64,000 nt of DNA, taken from positions 3,970,001 to 4,034,000 of the forward strand of contig CM075997.1 in the NCBI GenBank assembly GCA_038087875.1, written 5' to 3'. Made by a program: the position numbers and the translations under genes. The notes beneath the pieces were generated by a model. The model had not been told where the DNA came from and searched no databases. It saw only the letters and a program-made list of their open reading frames with translations. This stretch comes from Malacoraja senta. Lineage: Eukaryota. Below, piece after piece: positions 11,755 to 23,086 of the stretch (position 1 is the stretch's first letter; each line of letters begins with the position of its first letter).

Positions 11755-12620
11755 AAACCTCATCTATTACATCCGCTGCTCTAGATGTCAGCTGCTCTAC
11801 ATCGGTGAGACCAAGCGTAGGCTTGGCGATCGCTTCGCCCAACACCTTCGCTCAGTTCACAATAACCAACCTGATCTCCCGGTGGCTCAGCACTTCAACT
11901 CCCCCTCCCATTCCGAATCGGACCTTTCTGTCCTGGGCCTCCTCCATGGCCAGTCATACTCGCTGCCTCAAAAAGGCTGGCAGCATCATCAAGGACCCAC
12001 ACCATCCTGGCCTCACACTCATCTCCCCGCTACCTTCAGGTAAAAGGTACAGGAGCCTGAAGACTGCAACGCCCAGGTTCAGAAATAACTACTTCCCCAC
12101 AGCCATCAGGCTGTTAAACTCAACTGAAAAAATCTCTGAACATTAATAGCCCATTATCTGTTATTTGCACTTTATCAGTTTATTTATTCATGTGTGTATA
12201 TATTTATATAATGGTATATGGACACCCTGATCTGTTCTGTATTCATGCCTACTATATTCTGTTGTGCTGAAGCAAAGCAAGAATTTCATTGTCCTATCTG
12301 GCACACATGACAATAAACTCTCTTGACTTGACTTGAGTCCCACCGTAAATTGGAGGAGCATCACCTCATATTTCGCTTGGGTAGTTTACACCCCAGCAGT
12401 ATGAACATTGACTTCTCCAATTTCAGGTAGTCCCTGCTTTCTCCCTCTTTCCCCTCCCCTTCCCAGCTCTCCCACAGCCCACTGTCTCCGTCTCTTCCTT
12501 TCTTCTTCCTGACCCCACATCAGTCTGAAGAAGGGTCTCGACCCGAAACGTCACCTATTCCTTCGCTCCATAGATGCTGCCTCACCCGCTGAGTTTCTCC
12601 AGCATTTTTATCTACCTTCA
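11755..12620 (+). mobile_element. Penelope-like GIY-YIG/pLTR fragment interrupted by a Rex1 fragment (about 11957-12335)
   Basis: NLIYYIRCSRCQLLYIGETKRR...LLHGQS resumes as HRKLEEHHLIFRLGSLHP after an insert encoding RCLKKAGSIIKDPHHPG with a (gactt)n tail. Confidence 0.85.
12525..12552 (+). ncRNA. minimal type-I hammerhead ribozyme-like motif in Penelope terminus (representative copy)
   Basis: CUGAAGA-A-GGGU(CUCG)ACCC-GAAAC-GUC; also at 36370-36397 and many other copies on both strands. Confidence 0.6.
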
Positions 12621-12909
12621 TATTTCGCTTGGGTAGTTCACAATGACACAATGAGCGGTATGAACAATGACTTAAACACACAGCCTTTGACTGGGACACT
12701 TCTCCCCGTGTGCAAGTAAAACCCACTGCTGATGGTTAATCAGAAGAGACCTTTAGTCTTATTAAAGACATTGACTTTGCCACATGTTAGGCGATTGCTG
12801 GATCTTAATCCTCAAATTCGCTATCCAACACTGGGGTGCATTCTCAGAAGCAACTGCAGCACTTCAAGGATCTGTCTCCACCTCAAAGGCAATTGGTGAT
12901 GGGCAGTAA

Positions 12910-13217
12910 AGGGCCTGTCCCACTTAACGTGATTTTTTTCGGCGATTTGCATACGCGCAGCAGCAGGTCGCCGAAAATGTTCAACATGTTGAAAATCCAG
13001 CGGCGACCAGAAAAGGGTACGATTCTTTGGGCGACTACTCACGACCATACATGTCGCGGGGGTGACGCCTGTACGGTCGTGAGTAGTCACCTACAGAGTC
13101 GTACCCTTTTCTGGTTGCCGCTGGATTTTCAACATGTTGAAAATTTTCGGCGACCTGCTGCGACTATGACGGGTGCCGGCAAGTCGCCGAAAAAATCGCG
13201 TAAGTGGGACAGGTCCT
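12910..13217. mobile_element. PIF/Harbinger-like MITE (largely palindromic)
   Basis: agggcctgtcccact...agtgggacaggtcct with TAA TSD (12907-09, 13218-20). Confidence 0.8.
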
Positions 13218-13888
13218 TAAATGCTGGCCTTTCCAGCAATGCTCACACTGTGACATATACTTGATTATAAATGCAATCATTGTCATTATTAATGCAATTA
13301 TCGTTGAAATTACAGGTAACCAACAGAATCTCTATTCTTAAAATTTACCTATGTATAGTCAGCATTACTTCTTGGCAGAGAAAGAGTGACCGGAATCAAT
13401 TTGGATGGGAAATACTGATGGCAGACACATAGTGCTGGAGTAACTCAGTGGGTCAGGCAGCATCTTTGGAGAAAGGGAAGAGGTGACATTTTGAGGTTGA
13501 AATCCTTCAGACTGAAAGATAGAGAGAAGGACGGTCCGATGGATGGGAAATACTTTATTAAAAAATAGACTAATATAAATGGTTGTGGCAAATGAATAAA
13601 TCAGTCAAGATTTTATGCAAGCAGTGAAAGGATGGATAAAGACAGGCAGAATGAAGGAAGAGTCCGAATGACAAGTTGAGGAGGAATTTCTTTAGCCAGA
13701 GGATGATGAATCTGTGGAATACATTGCCGCAGGTGGCTGTGGAGGCCAAGTCATTGGGTATTTTTAAAGCAGAGATTGACATGGTCTTGACTTGTAAAGG
13801 CATCAAAGGTGATGGGGAGAAGGCAGGAGAATGGGGATAAAATAGATCAGCCATGATCGAATGGTGGAGCAGAATTCATGGGCTGAAT

Positions 13889-14375
13889 GGGAGTGCAGCG
13901 TAGGTTTACAAGGTTAATTCCCGGGATGGCGGGACTGTCATATGCTGAGAGAATGGAGCAGCTGGGCTTGTACACTCTGGAGTTTAGAAGGATGAGAGGG
14001 AATCTCATTGAAACATATAAGATTGTTAAGGGTTTGGACACGCTAGAGGCAGGAAACATGTTCCCGATGTTGGGGGAGTTCAGAACCAGGGGCCACAGTT
14101 TAAGAATAAGGAGTAAGCCATTTAGAACGGAGACGAGGAAACACTTTTTCTCACAGAGAGTGGTGAGTCAGTGGAATTCTCTGCCTCAGAGGGCGGTGGA
14201 GGCATGTTCTCTGGATGCTTTCAAGAGAGAGCTAGATAGGGCTCTTAAAAATAGCGGAGTCAGGGGATATGGGGAGAAGGCAGGAACGGGGTACTGATTG
14301 GGGATGATCAGCCATGATCATATTGAATAGCGGCTCGAAGGGCTGAATGGCCTACTCCTGCACCTATTGTCTATT
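13889..14375 (+). mobile_element. CR1-clade LINE 3' fragment
   Basis: GVQRRFTRLIPG...FFSQRVV..WNSLP...GYGEKAGTGY-stop; (ctattgt)n tail. Confidence 0.9.
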
Positions 14376-14771
14376 GATTCTCCTCCTATGTCTTGTGCTC
14401 TAATGCTCATGAAACACATCTGAATAACCCATGAAATGATGAGAAGTCTGGTCAGCAGCAGCAGTAGAGGATGGAGAAACACAGTTAATAAATATTCCAG
14501 GTTGACGATTTTTAATCAGAACTGGTAAAATGTTAGAAGCAGGGTTTAAATTACAAATGGAAGGTGTGAGATAGAATGGAGATCGGATGAGATAAGTGGT
14601 GGCTGATTGAAGAAGGGCTCTGGTGGTTGTGTGTGTGGATATATCGGCTAATGGTGAATGAAGTCTCAACAACCAATGACAGGATAATTTCTAAAAGTAG
14701 TTTTGGAAATGAAAGTCAAGAGGGGCAGATTATCTGAACCTTCAATGCAATGTTGAGTCCTGAAGATAATA

Positions 14772-15880
14772 CATAGAAAATAGGTGCAGGAGCGGGCCAT
14801 TCGGCCCTTCCAGCCAGCACCGCCATTCAATACGATCATGGCTGATCATCTAAAATCAGTACCCCGTTCCTGCTTTCTCCCCATATCCCTTGATTCCGTT
14901 AGCCCTAAGAGCTAAATCTAACTCTCTCTTGAAAACATCCAGTGAATTGGCCTCCACTGCCTATGTGGCAGAGAAGGTTTTTCCTCATCTCAGTCCTAAA
15001 TGGCCTAACCCTTATTCTTAAACTGTGACCCCTGGTTCTGGACTCCCCCAACATCGGGAATTATTTTCCTGCATCTAGCCTGTCCAATCCTTTAAGTATT
15101 TTATATGTTTCTATAAGATATCCTCTCATCCTTCTAAATTCCAGTGAATACATGCCCTGTCAACTCCATTCTCTCAGCATATGTCAGTCCCGCCATCCCG
15201 GGAATTAACTTGGTGAACCTACGCTGCGCGCTCCTTCAATAGCAATAATGTCCTTTCTCAAATTAGGAGACCAAAATTGCACACAATACTCCATGTGCGG
15301 TCTCATCAGGGCCCTGTACAACTGCAGAAGTACCTCCTTGCTCCTAAACTAAAATCCTCTCGCAATGAAGGCCAACATGCCATTAGCTTACTTCACTGCC
15401 TGTTGTACCTGCATGCTTACTTTCAGTGACTGATGTGCAAGCACACCCAGGTCTCGTTGCACCTCCCATTTTCCTAATCTGACACAATTCAGATCTTCTT
15501 CTTATCGAGTCCACACACAAGATTAGAAGTTGCTCAGCCAGAGCTGAACACACTTCTCGGCATCTGCACACAATGGTGTCTGTCTTGTGCGTGGTGGTGG
15601 AAAGATTGGTGGAAACAGAGCCGCGACGTGAACGCTCTTTCCTTGACCCCACCATTCAGATATTAATCTGCCTTCCCGTTCTTGCCACCAAAGTGGATAA
15701 CCTCACACTTATCCACGTTATACTGCATCTGCCATGCATCTGCCCAATCACCCAATCTATCCAAGTCACCTTACAGCCTCATAGTATCCTCATCGCAGCT
15801 CACACTGCCACCCAGTTTTTGGTGTCATCCGCAAACTTGGAGATGTCTTTGCGTCATCCGCAAACTTGGAGATGTCATAC
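14772..15880 (-). mobile_element. CR1-clade LINE fragment(s), interrupted at about 15490-15650
   Basis: Reverse complement of CR1 RT region and 3' UTR. Confidence 0.8.
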
Positions 15881-16114
15881 AGTAATCCTTGAAACTGAAC
15901 AATACGCTGTGTGTTGATCTTGCACTCAACTTCATTGTGATGACAGTGGCATAGACAGAGGAGGAGTCGTCAGGAAAAGGTCAGGCAACTGGAAGGTCCG
16001 TTACCCTTGCAGATTGAAATGGAGGTGTTCTGCAGAGGTCATCCATCCAGTGTTTAGATTACACGATGTAGAGGTGATCAAATTGATTCAATGATTGAAG
16101 GATACAGCATGGAA

Positions 16115-16260
16115 CCTCTTTGGATCGTTGACCTTGTCGTGGTGAAGAGGCTCGCGTGACCGCGTGATTCTGAGAGCGATGCCGTCGGAAGCACCAGCTT
16201 CTGGTAGGGACCCCCATGGCGGTAAGGTCGAGGATGAGGGTCCAGACTAAGAACGATCCA
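16115..16260 (+). ncRNA. predicted HDV-like self-cleaving ribozyme at the RTE element 5' end
   Basis: P1 cctctt/aagagg, P2 ggatcgtt/aacgatcc, P3 acc/ggt around 7-nt L3 ttgtcgt, long P4 region, J4/2 ctaa with candidate catalytic C16247. Confidence 0.65.
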
Positions 16261-16567
16261 ACCTACAAGACCTCAATGGCGGACGAAGTTATCTTGAACT
16301 CAACGGCTGTGAAGGCGAATGAAGGCTGCAACAGATCTATCAGCTCCAATCGTCTTGGTTCCCTTGCCATTGGAATGAGTTGATTGATTTGTGAAGGACC
16401 GTGTGCTTCTTGGAGTGGAACATCAAGTACACGTTAAGCACACACACGCACAGGCGTCTTCATTCTGTGAGCTGCAAAGCCAGGATTGGACTCATAAACC
16501 ACCTGAGAGTCCATAACAACAGAACGTAGACCATCATCCTCGACCTCAAGGGATAGCCACGACGACG
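16115..16567 (+). mobile_element. internally deleted (bipartite) RTE-clade retroelement
   Basis: 11-bp TSD acagcatggaa (16104-14, 16568-78); (acg)n tail; 3' part encodes CKARIGLINHLRVH, an RTE-type C-terminal zinc-finger remnant; 5' part resembles RTE 5' UTRs. Confidence 0.75.
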
Positions 16568-16993
16568 ACAGCATGGAAACAAGCCCTTGAGCCCATCAAG
16601 TCCACCGATCACCTCATCACACTAGTTCTATGTTATCCCGATTTCTCATTTACTCCGTACACACCAAGGGCAATTTACAGAGGCTGATTAACCTACAAAT
16701 CTGCACGTCTTTGGGATGTGGGTGGAAATCCAAGCACCCAGAAGGAACCCACGCAGTCGGATGGAGAACATGCAAACTCCACATAGACAGAAACTCTGGG
16801 GCTGTGAGGCAGTGGCATATTAGCACACAGAGCATAAAATATGGTATGCTAAACTGGGAAAATGCAAGTTAATTGTTCTTCATCTGGAGGTTGTAGGACA
16901 GACCTCAAGTCAAGTCAACTTTATTTGTCACATACACATACAAGATGTGCAGTGAAATGAAAGTGACAATGCCTGCGGATAACCAAAAGATAG

Positions 16994-17490
16994 AAGGTTC
17001 TTGCTATTGAGGGAGTGCAGCACAGGTTTACAAGGTTAATTCCCGGGATGTCATATGCTGAGAGAATGGAGCAGCTGGGCTTGTATACTCTGGAGTTTAG
17101 AAGGATGAGAGGCAATCTCATTGAAACATATAAGATTGTTAAGGGTTTGGACACGCTAGAGGCAGGAAACGTGTTCCCGATGTTGGGGGGAGTCCAGAAC
17201 TAGGGGCCACAGTTTAAGAATAAGGATAAGCCATTTAGAACGGAGACGAGGAAACACTTATTCTCACAGAGAGTGGTGAGTCTGTGGAATTCTCTGCCTC
17301 AGAGGGTGGTGGAGGCAGGTTCTCTGGATGCTTTCGAGAGAGAGCTAGATAGGGCTCTTAAAGATAGCAGAGTCAGGGGATATGGGGAGAAGGCAGGAAC
17401 GGGGTACTGATTGAGGATGATCAGCCATGATCACATTGAATGGCGATGCTGGCTCGAAGGGCCGAATGGCCTACCCCTGCACCTATTGTC
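16994..17490 (+). mobile_element. CR1-clade LINE 3' fragment
   Basis: Same motifs as other copies, with an in-frame stop. Confidence 0.88.
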
Positions 17491-18426
17491 GATTGTAAAA
17501 TGGAAGTTATTGAAACTATGACTTCATGAGAACTTGCTGTGTGAAGTAGAAGAGTTCTGGTACACACAGACGAGAGTGAAGCATCTGAATATTTTAAATT
17601 AAAAACTTTAATCAAAACTGGTCTATGTAGGAATGTTGTAATACTAATTACTGATGTAATAATAGGATAGAGGACGGTACAAATTCACCCATTCTAGCCT
17701 CACTATAAAATAATGCAATCTAGAGTACATTTTATGAGAATATCTTCCATCCGATATGACAAAAATGTTTCTATTTATATTCCAGATAGGAACAAACCGA
17801 ATTATCTATCTCCAATACAAAAATAATTTAATATTTATTTCTGGAAATAAATACCTCACAAGTAACGTGTAGCCAAATACCCAATCCCACAGAAAATATT
17901 GTAAAGAATGAATGTCTTTTCTGATATGCCCTGGCCACCATTTACTCTACCTTGCAGATTTAACACAATGTATACAACAAAAGATGGGTTGAGAATGCTT
18001 CATGTTGACCCTGCTAGTGGGGTCTCTACAGTGACAGATGGTGAGACAAAGAAAGCAGAAACCATTTTCTTTACCAGTCGGTCTTGGAAGAGAAAAACGT
18101 GACCTTTTCTCTGTGCAATATGTTTGGAGAGAAGCAAGTTTATGATGAGCAATGACAGTTTATTGCAATGTCTAATCGATGCCGATTCTCACGTTCTCAA
18201 AAGTCTGAAAACAAATGTTATTGGGGCACAGTCTCACGGTATAGCCTTGAATCTTAATGGGAGGTTTGTTCCCACTCCATTGCATCTTTTGAAGAGGAGG
18301 TTCTGGTGCGTTCAATGTAGTTGGGTTTGGCTGCACGTAAAATAAGTAACACTCGAGTGAACGTTTCGGAATCAGAATTAATTCTAATGACATATAGGGA
18401 GGGGGGTGTTTACTTAAGAGACACGT

Positions 18427-19044
18427 CTACTTCAATTCCTTGATTTTGTCCTCCACCGATGCCTTGTTGTCATCCTGCACCTCGGCTATTTTCTTCCCCT
18501 GTTTGTAGAACTGGAAGGTGGGGATGTGCACGATGTCGCAGGCCTCTGCCGTGTCCTCCGAATCGTCCACGTTCACCTCGCAGAAGAAGACGACGTTGGT
18601 GTTTGTCTGCGCCATCTCCCTCATGTAGGGCTTGAGGCTCTGGCACGTCTCGCACCAGGTGCCCGAGAAGAAGATGACCACCAGCTTCTCGCCCGCCTCC
18701 TTGATGAACTTGTCCAGCTGAGTCTTGCTGCTGATCTTCCTCAGCGGCACCCCCTCCCCTGCCTTGGCCACCGGCTCCGGCGCCGTCTTCTCCGCCGCCT
18801 TCGGGGCTTTGGCCGCCTCGTCGGTCTTGGTCGCCGGCAGCGACTCGGCCTTGGGGGGAGGGGGAGGGGCTTTGCCCAATTTGCCGCGGGAAGTGCCCGC
18901 ATCGGGAGAGCGGGACGCGGCTGCCGCCACAGTCGACGACGCCGTCCCCGCCGTGCCCGCCGGCCCCTTCTGTTGGGCGACTTTCTCCGCACTCTTGCCC
19001 TGCCCCTTCTTGGGCTTGCCCAGCGTGCTGCCCGCCCCCGCCAT
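18427..19044 (-). CDS. intronless thioredoxin-like protein 1 (205 aa; about 99-aa A/K/P/G-rich N-terminal extension; WCETC)
   Basis: C-terminal 106 aa align to TXN: KLVVIFFSGTWCETCQSLKPY...EVNVDDSED.AEAC.I..IPTFQFYKQGKK; Kozak-like cacATGG; open frame; AATAAA on minus strand at 18159-64. Confidence 0.9.
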   Translation of the reverse strand: MAGAGSTLGKPKKGQGKSAEKVAQQKGPAGTAGTASSTVAAAASRSPDAGTSRGKLGKAPPPPPKAESLPATKTDEAAKAPKAAEKTAPEPVAKAGEGVPLRKISSKTQLDKFIKEAGEKLVVIFFSGTWCETCQSLKPYMREMAQTNTNVVFFCEVNVDDSEDTAEACDIVHIPTFQFYKQGKKIAEVQDDNKASVEDKIKELK

Positions 19045-19104
19045 GTGCTCCCGTCCGGACCACTTCCGCCCCGCTGCTGCTGCTGCCGCCCCGCCCAGCC
19101 AGGC

Positions 19105-19925
19105 CCCCCCCCCTTGTGACGTCGTCGCGCAGGCCCTTCCGCCGCCACGCCCTCTGTGACGTCAGGCGCATGGACATTTCCGCCCCGCCCGTTCCCCACC
19201 ACGTCACGCTCAGGCCCCACTTCCCTCCCGCCCGCCCCCTTGTGACGTCACCCCCAGGCCCCACTTCCCTCCCGCCCGCCCCCTTGTGACGTCACCCCCC
19301 AGGCCCCACTTCCCTCCCGCCCGCCCCCTTGTGACGTCACCCCCAGGCCCCACTTCCCTCCCGCCCGCCCCCTTGTGACGTCACCCCCCAGGCCCTCATG
19401 CCCCCTTGTGACGTCACCCCCCAGGCCCTCTTGCCCCCTTGTGACGTCACCCCCCAGGCCCTCTTGCCCCCTTGTGACGTCACCCCCCCAGGCCCTCATG
19501 CCCCCTTGTGACGTCACCCCCCAGGCCCTCTTGCCCCCTTGTGACGTCACCCCCCAGGCCCTCTTGCCCCCTTGTGACGTCACCCCCCAGGCCCTCTTGC
19601 CCCCTTGTGACGTCACCCCCCAGGCCCTCATGCCCCCTTGTGGCGTCACCCCCCAGGCCCTCTTGCCCCCTTGTGACGTCACCCCCCCAGGCCCTCATGC
19701 CCCCTTGTGACGTCACCCCCCAGGCCCTCTTGCCCCCTTGTGACGTCACCCCCCCAGGCCCTCTTGCCCCTTGTGACGTCACGCTCAGGCACCACTTCCC
19801 TCCCGCCCACCCCCTTGTGACGTCAACCCCAGGCCCTCTTGCCCCCCTTGTGACGTCACCCCCCAGGCCCTCTTGTGACGTCACCCCCCAGGCCCTCTTG
19901 CCCCCCCTTGTGACGTCACGCTCAG
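19105..19925. promoter_or_regulatory. CRE (TGACGTCA) minisatellite promoter array upstream of thioredoxin-like 1
   Basis: 20 perfect TGACGTCA (first at 19157, last at 19911), 1 TGGCGTCA variant and 2 half-sites, in about 33-bp and about 44-bp units; 44-bp units also carry GC-box (cccgccc) and ETS-like (cacttcc) motifs. Confidence 0.8.
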
Positions 19926-20044
19926 GCCCACTTCCACTGCTAAAGCCGCACCATGAATGAAACTAGAACCTTGCCCGTGAGGCGGCCTGTTCCTACCTTC
20001 CAGCATCGCCCCCGTCGATTTTAATGGCAGAAAGGCGTCTTGAC

Positions 20045-20630
20045 TTCTGCAGGTAGACACACACAATGCTGGAGTAACTCAGCGGGTCAGGCAGCATCTC
20101 CAGAGAGAGGGAATGGTCGACGTTTCGGGTCGAGGCCCTTCTTCAAGCTGGTCTCAGGGGAGTGGGCAGGACAGAGATAGAATGTAGTTGGAGTCAGTCA
20201 GACTGGTGGGAGAACTGGGAAGGGGAAGGGGAAGGGGATGGAGAGGGAAAGCAAGGGTTACTTGAAGATAGAGAAGTCAATGTTCAGACCCAAGTTAAAT
20301 ATGAGATGCTGTTCCTCCAATTTGCACTGGGTCTCACTCTGACAGTGGAGGAGGCCCAGGACAGAAAGGTCAGTGTGGGAATGGGAGGGGGAGTTGAAGT
20401 GCTGGGAGATCAGCTTGGTTTAGGCGGACTGAGTGTAGGTGTTCAGCGAAACGATCGCCGAGCCTGCACTTGGTCTCGCCAATATACAGGAGTCCACACC
20501 TGGTACAGTAGATGAGGTTGGAGGAGGTGCAAGTGAACCTCTGCCTCACCTGGAAAAGACTGTTTAGATCCTTGGATGGAGTTGAGGGAGTGGGGGGGGG
20601 AAGGTAAAGGGACAGGTGTTGCATCTCCTG
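20045..20630 (-). mobile_element. Penelope-like GIY-YIG/terminus fragment
   Basis: FTCTSSNLIYCTRCGLLYIGETKCRLGDRFAEHL on the minus strand plus terminal motif. Confidence 0.8.
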
Positions 20631-20841
20631 CCGCAGGTTGGCGTGGTCGGTCAGTCGGCCACTGGAGGCGGGGGGGAGGTTGACACTGGGGCGAGTGTGC
20701 GCTGGTGTCGGGTCGCCAGGCCCCGGGGTACCCCGCTGTGACGTGGCGTCGCCGTGGAGACCAGCGAGCGTTAAGATGGCGGCCGGAGACGGCGGGTGAG
20801 AGGTCAGCGGCGAGCCCAGGCTGCGAAAGACAAAGGTAACT
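20630..20841 (+). promoter_or_regulatory. CpG-rich candidate promoter/first exon of an unidentified + strand transcript
   Basis: Unique CpG-rich segment; tgacgtgg at about 20739; YY1-type aagatggcggcc at 20773-84; candidate donors gtgaga (20796) and gtaact (20836). Confidence 0.4.
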
Positions 20842-20879
20842 CAGGAGATGCAGAAATGTCACATCGATTGTAACTCGAT

Positions 20880-21162
20880 CACGGTGGAGTTGCTGCCTGA
20901 CAGCGAATGCAGCGGCGGAGACCCGGGTTCGATCCCGACTACGGGTGCTGTCTGTACGGAGTTTGTACGCCCTCCCCGTGACCTGCATGGGTTTTCTCCG
21001 AGATCTTCGGTTTTCCTCCCACACTCCAAAGACGTACAGGTTTGTAGGTTAATTGACTTGGTGTATGTAAAACAAAATGTCCCTAGTGGGTGTAGGATAG
21101 TGTTAATGTGCAGGGATCGCTGGTCGGCGCGGACCCGGTGGGCCAAAGGGCCTGTTTCTAAA
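20880..21162 (+). mobile_element. HE1-like V-SINE
   Basis: B-box ggttcgatccc, V-domain and tail. Confidence 0.82.
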
Positions 21163-22087
21163 CTCACGTGTTACATTGTGAATTACAGTGCATTTTGGAC
21201 AAGTAATTTGTTTAGGAAGGAACTGTACGTGTGATGCTGGTTTACACCGAAGATTGACACAAAATGCTGGAGTAACTCAGCGGGACAGGCAGCATCTCTG
21301 GATAGAGATGAGTCTCGCATGTCTCGCAGAGTTATTCCAGCATTTTGTGTCTATTTTGGACGAGCAATTGGGATGCAATGCAGGCGGTATCCACACAGCC
21401 TGTTATGGAGTGATACAGTGTGGAAACAGGGCTATGGCCCAACTTGCCCACACCAGCCAACATGTCCCAGCTACACTAGTCTGCCGTATCCATATCCCTC
21501 CAAACCTGTTCTACCCATATACCTGTCTAATTGTTTCTTAAACGCTGGGATAGTCTCTGCCTCAACTACCTCCTCTGGCAGCTTGTTCCATACACCCATC
21601 ACCCATCACCCATTTGAGCTGGAGTAACTCAGCGGCGTAGGCAGCGTCTCTAGAGAGAAGGAATGGGTGACATTTCGCTTGATTTGTTTGTGGATCATTG
21701 AATCCTTTACGATATTAAAGGATCTAGCTGCAAGTTGTGGTTGACTAAGTGTGGCATATATGTGCGGCAAAGCTCTTGTTCCAGTCAATCTCATCACTCC
21801 CATTTTGTTGCTGTTGTCTTTCCTCCTTCAGTGGCCACATGCGTGAAGTTTCAATGCACACCAAAACGTTCCAAGAATAGCAGTTATCTTTCATCTTACC
21901 TTTGAGCGTTTATTGTTTAGCCACTGACTACATCTGCTGGGAGAGCCTTGGCTTGGTGAATGTACCCCTGACTTTACTAACCTTAAGAAACGAAGTCCGA
22001 GGGTCCAACTGAGCAATCGTATCTTGAGTAGATTCTGATTCTAGGTAGCAATATTCACAATGGGTGAGTAGAGCTACTCTGGATATT

Positions 22088-22533
22088 TAAGAAGGAACTG
22101 CAGATGCTGGAAAAATTTAAGGTAGATAAAAATGCTGGAGAAACTCAGCGGGTGAGGCAGTATCTATGGAGCGAAGGAAATGGTGACGTTTCAGGTCGAG
22201 ACCCTTCTTCAGACTGATGTGGGGATGGTGGGGGCGGGAAGAAGAAAGGAAGAGGCGGAGACAGTGGGCTGTGGGAGAGCTGGGAAGGGGAGGGGGAAGA
22301 GGGAGAAAGTAAGGATTACCTGAAATTGGAGGTCAATGTTCATACCGCTGGGGTGTAAACTACCCAAGCGAAATATGAGGTGCTGCTCCTCCAATTTACG
22401 GTGGGACTCACTCTGGCCATGGAGGAGGCCCAGGACAGAAAGTTCGGATTCGGGATGGGAGGGGGTGTTGAAGTGCTGAGCCACCGGGAGATCAGGTTGG
22501 TTATTGCGAACTGAGCGAAGGTGTTGGGCGAAG
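22088..22533 (-). mobile_element. Penelope-like 3' fragment with terminus
   Basis: AQHFNTPSH...HRKLEEQHLIFRLGSLHPSGMNID plus terminal motif. Confidence 0.85.
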
Positions 22534-23086
22534 ATATTTAGTCTGGTCTGGATATTTAGTTTAGTTTATTATTGTCACGTGTACCAAGATACAGTGAAAA
22601 CCTTTTTGTGTTTGTGCTGTCCAGGCAGAGAAAAGACATGAACACAATCCAGCTGTACACAGTGCACAGACAAAGGATACAACATTTAGTGCCAAGATAT
22701 AACACTGAAGTACGATAAAGTCCATTTAAAGGAACCTTAAATGTTTCCAATGAGGTAGATGGGAAGATGGACACAAAATGCTGGAGTAACTCAGCGGGAC
22801 AGGCAGCGTCTCTGGAGAGAAGGAATGGTTGACCTTTCGGGTCGAGACCCTTCTTCGGACTGATGTAGATGGGAAGTCAGGACTGCACTCCAGCTGATGA
22901 GAGGACCATTCAGTTGCCTGATAACAGCTGGGAAGAAACTGTTCCTGAATCTGGAGGTATGTGTTTTCAAATGTCTGTATCTGCCACCTGATGGGAGAGG
23001 GGAGAAGATGGAGTGACCGAGGTGAGACTGGTCCTTGATCACGCTGGTGGCCTTGCCCAGAGAGCGTGTAGGGTAGATGGTCCATG

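Noticed and set aside
12910..13217. piggyBac/Kolobok assignment for the cctgtcccact MITEs
   Set aside because: Reconstructed empty sites show 3-bp TAA/TTA duplications rather than TTAA
18470..19960. Overlapping long ORFs (264, 197, 159, 150 aa and others)
   Set aside because: Shadow frames of the GC-rich thioredoxin CDS and of the 33-bp CRE repeat; no independent protein signal
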